Virus record (IMG/VR): IMGVR_UViG_2585427761_000022
Reading direction: 5' to 3' (one strand)
Length of the DNA: 22,172 bases
Source: a virus
Taxonomy: Duplodnaviria; Heunggongvirae; Uroviricota; Caudoviricetes
The notes under the pieces were generated by a model that ran no database searches, was not told the DNA's origin, and saw only the letters and a program-made list of their open reading frames with translations. Position 1 is the stretch's first letter. Each line of letters opens with the position of its first letter. A program made the position numbers and the translations under genes. Shown in pieces: positions 15,219 to 22,172 of the stretch.

Positions 15219-17095
15219 CCAGTAAGAACTTTGCACTGATTACAGCCATGACACAGGCTGAACTGACCCGGAAAGTGAATGAATATCTTGCGAAGGGGTG
15301 GCATCTTCAGGGGGACACACGGGTAGCTTACGAGCCCGGCACCCCGTGGTATCTCATGCAGGCCATGGTGGCCGATGGTGCCACCGAGACGCCCTCTGAG
15401 CCATTACCAAACAACAAGACGCCGGAATGGTACTACGTGGTTGTGCTTGCCGGGCAGTCCAACGGCATGGCTTACGGTGAAGGGCTTCCGTTACCGGATT
15501 CTTACGATGCTCCGGATCCGCGCATTAAACAGCTTGCGCGCCGCAGTACGGTAACCCCGGGTGGAGAGGGTTGTACGTATAACGACATCATCCCGGCTGA
15601 CCACTGTCTGCATGATGTGCAGGATATGAGTACGCTGAATCATCCGAAGGCGGACCTGAGCAAAGGTCAGTACGGCTGTGTGGGACAGGGACTTCATATT
15701 GCCAAAAAACTACTCCCGTATATCCCGAATAACGCGGGGATCCTGCTGGTACCATGCTGTCGTGGTGGTTCGGCATTCACTCAGGGCGCGGAGGGAACAT
15801 TCAGTACGACCACGGGGGCCAGCCAGGATTCGGCGCGCTGGGGTGCGGGTAAGCCGTTATATCAGGACCTGATCGCACGCACCAAAGCGGCATTACAGAA
15901 GAACCCGAAAAATGTGTTGCTGGCGGTGTGCTGGATGCAGGGCGAATTTGACATGAGCGCTGCCACCTACGCACAGCAACCGGACCTGTTCACGGCCATG
16001 CTGAAGCAGTTCCGTACTGACCTTTCCGGATTTAACGCGCAGTGCCATGGCGGCAGTGCTGCAGTTATACCGTGGATTTGTGGCGACACGACGTATTACT
16101 GGAAAAACACATACGGCACACAGTATGACTCCGTCTACGGCGCGTACAAAAACAGGGAGAGCGACAACGTTTTCTTTGTGCCGTTCATGACCGACGGTAA
16201 CGGCAACAACACGCCCACCAACTTACCGGCAGAAGACCCGGATATTGCTGATGCAGGTTATTACGGCGCGCAATCCCGTAGTAATGGTAATTGGGTATCG
16301 TCAAATCGTCCGACACATTTCAGTTCATGGGCGCGCAGGGGCATTATTTCGGATCGCCTGGCAACCGCTATTCTGAACGCAGTTGGTCGAACCAGCGCCT
16401 TCATCAGCGGTACCGCACCGGAAATCAAACCCTCGCCCGGCGGCGACACTCCATCGGGGCCGTCTGATGGTGACACATCCGTTCGTACAGTCTCCCTGCT
16501 GCCGACAGCCGGAGAGGCTGCTGCGCAGGGCTGGACCATCACCGGCGGCAGTGTTGCGCTGGAAGATGGTGTGTTTAAGGTTACCAAGCAGAGCAATAAA
16601 ACTTGGTCCCTGATGCATCCGGTGGATGACGCAGTCTCCCTGCTGACACGGGGTGGCAGACTGAGCTGTAAGTTTCGACTGTCAGGCGCACTGACCAACA
16701 ACCAGTTCGGTCTGGGAATTTATCTGTATACCGATGTAGCGTTACCTGACGTCGTGGCGATGACCGGGACTGGTAACCCGTTCCTGATGTCGTTCTTCAC
16801 CCAGACCACAGACGGCAAACTGAATCTGATGCATCACAAGAAAGCCGGAAACACAAAGTTGGGTGAGTTCGGGAATTACAGTAACGACTGGCAGACGCTG
16901 GAGCTGGTGTTCACCGCCGGCAGTGCCACGGTTACTCCGAAACTGAATGGAGTGGCTGGCCCGGCATTCCAGGTCATAAAAGACAGTCTGACACTGGGGC
17001 TGAATGCGCTGACGTTAACTGATATCACTAAAAATGCCGCGTACGGCGTCGATATCGGCAGCCTGGTGCTGGAAATCAATAATCCCGCAGTATAA
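15215..17095 (+). CDS. NanS-p-like sialate (9-O-acetyl) esterase moron: N-terminal DUF1737-like domain, SASA/SGNH-type esterase domain, C-terminal putative carbohydrate-binding domain
   Basis: 626 aa; N-terminus FALITAMTQAELTRKVNEYLAKGWHLQG (DUF1737-like); catalytic-type motif VVLAGQSNGMAYGEG; ATG overlaps the o-spanin stop; no equivalent gene in P2. Confidence 0.7.
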   Translation: MTSKNFALITAMTQAELTRKVNEYLAKGWHLQGDTRVAYEPGTPWYLMQAMVADGATETPSEPLPNNKTPEWYYVVVLAGQSNGMAYGEGLPLPDSYDAPDPRIKQLARRSTVTPGGEGCTYNDIIPADHCLHDVQDMSTLNHPKADLSKGQYGCVGQGLHIAKKLLPYIPNNAGILLVPCCRGGSAFTQGAEGTFSTTTGASQDSARWGAGKPLYQDLIARTKAALQKNPKNVLLAVCWMQGEFDMSAATYAQQPDLFTAMLKQFRTDLSGFNAQCHGGSAAVIPWICGDTTYYWKNTYGTQYDSVYGAYKNRESDNVFFVPFMTDGNGNNTPTNLPAEDPDIADAGYYGAQSRSNGNWVSSNRPTHFSSWARRGIISDRLATAILNAVGRTSAFISGTAPEIKPSPGGDTPSGPSDGDTSVRTVSLLPTAGEAAAQGWTITGGSVALEDGVFKVTKQSNKTWSLMHPVDDAVSLLTRGGRLSCKFRLSGALTNNQFGLGIYLYTDVALPDVVAMTGTGNPFLMSFFTQTTDGKLNLMHHKKAGNTKLGEFGNYSNDWQTLELVFTAGSATVTPKLNGVAGPAFQVIKDSLTLGLNALTLTDITKNAAYGVDIGSLVLEINNPAV

Positions 17096-17118
17096 GGAAG
17101 AGCAGGAGAGCAAAACAG

Positions 17119-17586
17119 ATGCTTAAGACAAACAGTCTGCGAGAGTCCATGCTTCATGGATGTCGGTGGTGCCAGGCTAATCCCGAGAAATTCACCATTT
17201 TCGTGGAGAGCGGCAACATTGAAACGACCGGAGAAGCGCCCTCGTTTGTTTACCGCTATCAGATGGTGATGTTTATCATGGATTACGCCGGAGAGCTGGA
17301 CGACCTCACGCTGCCGCTGCTGGCGTGGTTATCCGAAAATCAGCCACAGTTGTTGCTCAATCCGGAGCGTAATCAGGACATCAAATTTTCTGCCGTTATC
17401 AATGACGATGACAGCGCCGATCTCCTGTTTACGCTCCCCCTGCGGGAACGCGTTCGCATCACGCGCAACAGTCAGGGCACACCGCAGGCAGAACACCTGC
17501 CGGAGCCAAAACCCCGTCTGCCTTCTTCCGAAGGCGACTGGTCGCATGTATTCCAGGATGTGACGTGGGGTGAAAGCGATGGATAA
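17119..17586 (+). CDS. R: Tail completion protein, P2 gpR-like
   Basis: 155 aa, same size as P2 gpR; RBS AGGAGAG; first gene after the lysis/moron block. Confidence 0.8.
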   Translation: MLKTNSLRESMLHGCRWCQANPEKFTIFVESGNIETTGEAPSFVYRYQMVMFIMDYAGELDDLTLPLLAWLSENQPQLLLNPERNQDIKFSAVINDDDSADLLFTLPLRERVRITRNSQGTPQAEHLPEPKPRLPSSEGDWSHVFQDVTWGESDG

Positions 17587-18214
17587 GGCATTCACCCGCG
17601 TGGATGAAACCTTTGAGGCTATCCGCGACAGCCTGAATCAGCAGGCCATCAATAACATCGCCAGAAAGCTGGCACAGGATTTACGTCGCGCCCAGCAGGC
17701 ACGTATCCGGTCACAAAAAGCGCCGGACGGGACCGAATGGACACCACGCAGACGCCGCGTAACCCGGATACAGGAGCGCATTCGCTTTATCTGGAATAAC
17801 GAAGCACGCACGCTGAAAAACTGGCATCACGACACGGGGAAATACGGGCGAACCATTACCGGGTGGGATGAGGATAAAAACAATATCCGCACGTTTTACC
17901 GGGATGACATCGACCGTTTTCTGGAAATACGCACCCGGCGCATCAACCAGGACAGCACAAAGCGCGTCCCCATGTTCGTAAAACTGCGCACCGCCCGCTA
18001 CCTGAAAGCCCGTGCAGATGCCTCCGGTGTGACGGTGGGTTACAGCGGCGTGGCCGCACGTATTGCACGCGTTCATCAGTTCGGTGAGCGCGATCAGGTT
18101 GCGCCGGGCATTTTCACCGATTACCCGGTACGTGAGCTGTTGGGTATCAGCCAGGCAGATGAGCGCCTGATTTATAACACGGTGCTGGGCCGGATTGCGG
18201 AGGCTGTACGGTGA
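17579..18214 (+). CDS. S: Tail completion / virion morphogenesis protein, P2 gpS-like (about 211 aa, longer than the ~150 aa I recall for P2 S)
   Basis: ATG at 17579 overlapping the R 3' end; position between R and V. Confidence 0.7.
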   Translation: MDKAFTRVDETFEAIRDSLNQQAINNIARKLAQDLRRAQQARIRSQKAPDGTEWTPRRRRVTRIQERIRFIWNNEARTLKNWHHDTGKYGRTITGWDEDKNNIRTFYRDDIDRFLEIRTRRINQDSTKRVPMFVKLRTARYLKARADASGVTVGYSGVAARIARVHQFGERDQVAPGIFTDYPVRELLGISQADERLIYNTVLGRIAEAVR

Positions 18215-18792
18215 GCGCAGAACTCATGCGACTGCTGAGCAACATCATCCGCACCGGGATCATCTCTGAAGTTGATGAGAAGTCCTGGCGCGTGCGCGTT
18301 CGCAGCGGCGAACTGGAAACAGGCTGGTTGCGCTGGAACACCACGCGCGCGGGAGCCTTCAATGTGTGGCTGCCGCCATCACCAGGCGAACAGGTGGTAA
18401 TTGCCTGCATTGGCGGCAACCCGGAAACCGCCATGATAATTGGCAGCCTGTGGAGTGATGCCAGTCCGGCCCCCGGCAAAAGCCTGAAAGAAATCGTGGT
18501 CAGCGCGCCGGATGGCGCGGTGTTCCGCTACGACGCAGACGCTGGCGCACTGAGCGCCAGCGGCATGAAAACAGCCACCCTGCAGGCATCCGTCAGCGTG
18601 ACACTGGATACGCCCGTCGTGGAATGCACAAACCTTCTGAGAACAGCGACGCTTGACGTCACAAAAGGGGGAAAGATGAGCGGCAATATCACGCACAGCG
18701 GCGGCAACTTCACCTCAAACGGCATCACAGTGCATACGCATAAACACGGTGGCGTTAAAGGTGGCAGCGATTCGACAGGAGGCCCGCAGTGA
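18211..18792 (+). CDS. V: Baseplate spike/assembly protein, P2 gpV-like
   Basis: GTG start with RBS GGAGG and GTGA overlap with S; recalled conserved block IRTGII..EQV.I..GG as in P2 gpV. Confidence 0.8.
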   Translation: MSAELMRLLSNIIRTGIISEVDEKSWRVRVRSGELETGWLRWNTTRAGAFNVWLPPSPGEQVVIACIGGNPETAMIIGSLWSDASPAPGKSLKEIVVSAPDGAVFRYDADAGALSASGMKTATLQASVSVTLDTPVVECTNLLRTATLDVTKGGKMSGNITHSGGNFTSNGITVHTHKHGGVKGGSDSTGGPQ

Positions 18793-19139
18793 CAGCCCGC
18801 TACACAGGAATGAACCCGGACGGGACGGGAAACCTGAATGATATGGAGCACCTGAAACAGTCAGCCAGGGACATCCTGACCACCCCGCTGGCCAGCCGGG
18901 TTATGCGACGGGAATATGGCAGCCTTGTACCTGATTTGATTGACGAACCCATGAATAACACCACGCGTCTGCAATGCATGAGTGCTGCCGTGATTGCGCT
19001 GACACGATGGGAACCCCGCATTGCCCTGGACGCCATCGACGTTGTCTGGAAAGCGGGAGGCCGCGCCGGGGTGACGCTGTCGGGCACAGTCATGCAGACC
19101 ATGCAGAATGTTGAGTTAACCATCACGCTGAGGGAGTAA
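18789..19139 (+). CDS. W: Baseplate wedge protein, P2 gpW-like (GPW/gp25 family)
   Basis: 116 aa; GTG start with RBS AGGAGG; GTGA overlap with V; position. Confidence 0.8.
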   Translation: MTARYTGMNPDGTGNLNDMEHLKQSARDILTTPLASRVMRREYGSLVPDLIDEPMNNTTRLQCMSAAVIALTRWEPRIALDAIDVVWKAGGRAGVTLSGTVMQTMQNVELTITLRE

Positions 19140-19142
19140 ATC

Positions 19143-20039
19143 ATGCCTGCTGTTGACCTTTCCCAGTTACCGGAACCCGCCATCATCGCGGAGCCTGACT
19201 TTGAAGCAATTCTGGCTGACACAAAGGCCATGATGATTGCGTCCTATCCTGCCGAACAGCGTGAAGCCGTCTCCGCCGCGCTGGAGCTGGAATCGGAGCC
19301 CCTGAACGTTATCGCTCAAACCATGTCTTTTCGTGAAATGCTGTTACGCCAGCGGGTTAACGAGGGCGCACGCGCCTGCATGTTAAGCCACGGTTCAGGG
19401 ACAAACCTGGACAACCTCGCGGGCAATATGAACACAAAGCGCCTGGTTATCACTCCGGCAACGGATACCACCGACGCGGTGATGGAGAGCGACACCTCGC
19501 TGAGACTGCGGGCGCAGCGGGCGTATGACGGCCTGAGTGTTGCTGGCCCGTCAGGTGCATACGAGTATTTTGCACGCAGCGCCAGCGGTCTGGTGCGTAA
19601 TGCGCGGGCCATCAGCCCGTCTCCGGCCTGTGTGACGGTTTCCATTCTGTCCACTGAAGGCGACGGCACAGCAACGGAGGCGTTGCTTAATACCGTTCGC
19701 GCCGTTCTGAATGCAGAGGATACCCGCCCGGTGGCCGACCGCCTGACGGTACAGAGCGCCAGAATCGTGACATGGCGGCTGAATGCAAAACTGTACTTTT
19801 ACCCCGGCCCGGAATCCGAACCTATTCTGGCCGCGGCGGAATCGTCATTCAGGAAGTGGCTGGCTGAACAGGGGCTTATCGGTCAGGACGTGGCGTTGTC
19901 CGCCATTGCTGCCGCACTGCATGTGCACGGTGTGCAACGCGTGGAGATAATCGAACCCACACAGAATATGGCCATCAGCGACATACAGGCGGCGCGCTGT
20001 GAGTCATTCACCATCAGCGAAGGTGGGCGCAATGAGTAA
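19143..20039 (+). CDS. J: Baseplate assembly protein, P2 gpJ-like
   Basis: 298 aa (P2 J about 302 aa); RBS GAGGGAG; position. Confidence 0.85.
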   Translation: MPAVDLSQLPEPAIIAEPDFEAILADTKAMMIASYPAEQREAVSAALELESEPLNVIAQTMSFREMLLRQRVNEGARACMLSHGSGTNLDNLAGNMNTKRLVITPATDTTDAVMESDTSLRLRAQRAYDGLSVAGPSGAYEYFARSASGLVRNARAISPSPACVTVSILSTEGDGTATEALLNTVRAVLNAEDTRPVADRLTVQSARIVTWRLNAKLYFYPGPESEPILAAAESSFRKWLAEQGLIGQDVALSAIAAALHVHGVQRVEIIEPTQNMAISDIQAARCESFTISEGGRNE

Positions 20040-20640
20040 TTCACTGTTACCACCATCAGCCAGCAATTTCATGCGTTGTGCCGAAGCCGTCGGAACACGC
20101 ATTACAGACATTCCGGTAGACCTCAACACGCTGTGGTCGCCGGACACCTGCCCGGTGCATCTGCTGCCTTATCTCGCCTGGGCGTTTTCCGTTGACCGCT
20201 GGGATCGCAACTGGCCGGAAGAGACAAAGCGACAGGTGATTCGTGATGCATGGCTGACACACCGACACAAAGGGACCATCAGCGCACTGCGAAGAGCCGT
20301 GGAGCCTCTCGGCTACCTGATTGAAGTAAAGGAGTGGTGGCAACTCAACGAGGAGCCAGGAACATTTCGCATTGTTGTCGGAGTACTTGATCAGGGCATC
20401 ACCGATGAAATGTATCAGGAACTTGAGCGCCTTATTGCGGATGCAAAACCAGTAAGTCGCCATCTGACGGGGCTGGCGATCAGCCTGAGTGTGAACGGAA
20501 AGATTTTCGTTGGTACGGGATGCTATCACGGCGATGCCCTGACGGTTTATCCCTACATCCCGGAGTCCATTATTGTCGAAGGGGATTATTTCCCTGCCCC
20601 GGCCATTCATTTAATTGATAATCTGAGAGTAAACGCATGA
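20032..20640 (+). CDS. I: Baseplate protein, P2 gpI-like
   Basis: ATG at 20032 overlapping the J stop; about 202 aa; position. Confidence 0.8.
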   Translation: MSNSLLPPSASNFMRCAEAVGTRITDIPVDLNTLWSPDTCPVHLLPYLAWAFSVDRWDRNWPEETKRQVIRDAWLTHRHKGTISALRRAVEPLGYLIEVKEWWQLNEEPGTFRIVVGVLDQGITDEMYQELERLIADAKPVSRHLTGLAISLSVNGKIFVGTGCYHGDALTVYPYIPESIIVEGDYFPAPAIHLIDNLRVNA

Positions 20641-22172
20641 CAGTGAAATACTACGCCATTCTGACTAATCAGGGCGCGGCGCGACTGGCTAACGCGACGA
20701 TGCCCGGCAGTAAGCTGAATCTGACGCAAATGGCCGTTGGTGATGCAAATGGTGTGTTACCAACACCAGACCCTGCACAAACAAAACTGATTAACCAGAA
20801 ACGCATTGCACCGCTGAATCTTCTGAATGTTGACCCTAACAATCAGAGCCAGATTATTGCGGAGCAAATCATCCCTGAAGACGAGGGAGGATTCTGGATC
20901 CGTGAGATTGGTCTTTATGATGATAAAGGTGTACTCATTGCGGTGGCAAACTGCCCGGAAACGTACAAACCGCAGTTGCAGGAAGGCAGTGGACGCACCC
21001 AGACTATCCGCATGATTCTGGTTGTCACGAACACCAAAGCCATCACGCTGAAAATCGACCCGTCTGTGGTTCTGGCAACCCGCAAATATGTGGATGATAA
21101 AATCTCAAAGCACGAGCAGTCACGACGTCACCCGGACGCCTCGCTGACCGCAAAAGGCTTTGTTCAACTCAGTAGCGCCACCAACAGCGATTCAGAAACG
21201 CTGGCGGCAACACCAAAGGCGGTAAAGGCAGCCTATGACCTTGCTAACGGGAAATATACCGCACAGGACGCCACGACAGCACAAAAAGGCATTGTCCAGC
21301 TCAGTAGCGCCACCAACAGCGATTCAGAAACGCTGGCGGCAACACCAAAGGCGGTAAAGGCAGCCTATGACCTTGCTAACGGGAAATATACCGCACAGGA
21401 CGCCACGACAGCACAAAAAGGCATTGTCCAGCTCAGTAGCGCCACCAACAGCGATTCAGAAACGCTGGCGGCAACACCAAAGGCGGTAAAGGCAGCCTAT
21501 GACCTTGCTAACGGGAAATATACCGCACAGGACGCCACGACAGCACAAAAAGGCATTGTCCAGCTCAGTAGCGCCACCAACAGCGATTCAGAAACGCTGG
21601 CGGCAACACCAAAGGCGGTAAAGGCAGCCTATGACCTTGCTAACGGGAAATATACCGCACAGGACGCCACGACGGCACAAAAAGGAATTGTCCAGCTCAG
21701 TAGTGCAACCAACAGCACATCTGAAACGCTTGCTGCAACACCGAAAGCAGTGAAAGCAGCTAATGACAATGCGAATGGTCGGGTACCTTCTGCCCGTAAG
21801 GTGAATGGTAAGGCGCTTTCGGCGGATATAACACTGACGCCGAAAGATATTGGTACGCTTAACTCAACAACAATGTCATTCAGCGGTGGTGCTGGTTGGT
21901 TCAAATTAGCAACGGTAACCATGCCACAGGCGAGTTCTGTTGTTTCAATTACGTTGATTGGTGGCGCTGGATTTAACGTCGGTTCACCTCAACAGGCAGG
22001 TATATCTGAACTTGTTTTGCGTGCAGGTAATGGTAATCCGAAGGGGATTACTGGTGCTTTATGGCAGCGCACATCGACAGGGTTTACAAATTTTGCCTGG
22101 GTCAATACATCTGGTGATACTTACGATATTTACGTTGCAATCGGAAATTATGCGACTGGTGTAAATATTCAA
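20637..22172 (+). CDS. H: Tail fibre protein, P2 gpH-like, 5' partial (open to window end); not in the supplied ORF track
   Basis: ATGA overlap with the I stop; open frame to the window edge; recalled similarity to the P2 gpH N-terminus (RHPDASLTAKGF.QLSSATNS.SETLAATPKAVKAAYDLANGKYTAQDAT). Confidence 0.8.
   Translation, partial: MTVKYYAILTNQGAARLANATMPGSKLNLTQMAVGDANGVLPTPDPAQTKLINQKRIAPLNLLNVDPNNQSQIIAEQIIPEDEGGFWIREIGLYDDKGVLIAVANCPETYKPQLQEGSGRTQTIRMILVVTNTKAITLKIDPSVVLATRKYVDDKISKHEQSRRHPDASLTAKGFVQLSSATNSDSETLAATPKAVKAAYDLANGKYTAQDATTAQKGIVQLSSATNSDSETLAATPKAVKAAYDLANGKYTAQDATTAQKGIVQLSSATNSDSETLAATPKAVKAAYDLANGKYTAQDATTAQKGIVQLSSATNSDSETLAATPKAVKAAYDLANGKYTAQDATTAQKGIVQLSSATNSTSETLAATPKAVKAANDNANGRVPSARKVNGKALSADITLTPKDIGTLNSTTMSFSGGAGWFKLATVTMPQASSVVSITLIGGAGFNVGSPQQAGISELVLRAGNGNPKGITGALWQRTSTGFTNFAWVNTSGDTYDIYVAIGNYATGVNIQ
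21168..21770 (+). repeat. In-frame 132-bp (44-codon) tandem repeat inside tail-fibre gene H: three identical copies, a fourth with 2 substitutions, and diverged flanking copies
   Basis: Copies start at 21168, 21300, 21432, 21564 and (diverged) 21696; unit encodes LSSATNSDSETLAATPKAVKAAYDLANGKYTAQDATTAQKGIVQ. Confidence 0.9.

Noticed and set aside
21148-21770. Tandem repeat array considered as a possible CRISPR or satellite repeat
   Set aside because: Repeats are 132 bp, contiguous without spacers, in frame and inside the tail-fibre coding sequence; this is a protein-coding repeat expansion.

Overview
The window is the left arm of a P2-like (Peduovirus-type) prophage of an enterobacterium, running from the integrase at the prophage end to the 5' part of the tail-fibre gene H, which continues beyond the window. 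Gene order follows P2: int, immunity repressor, divergent early operon, replication gene A, convergent portal Q and terminase P, then the late operons O-N-M-L-X, lysis, R-S and V-W-J-I-H. Five things depart from the P2 blueprint. (1) Two AT-rich accessory genes, a C-tail-anchored membrane protein and a small secreted protein, sit between the repressor and int; the membrane protein's N-terminus repeats a short motif found at the repressor's C-terminus. This cassette is my best candidate for an undescribed lysogen-expressed system. (2) The terminase large-subunit gene carries an in-frame TAG and a 1-nt frameshift in an A6 tract. (3) Genes A and Q overlap convergently, with no tin/old cargo locus and no recognisable cos. 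(4) The lysis cassette is non-P2 in type and is followed by a 626-aa NanS-p-like sialate O-acetylesterase moron. (5) Tail-fibre gene H contains an expanded 132-bp tandem repeat. All homology statements are from memory of protein families; no database search was run.
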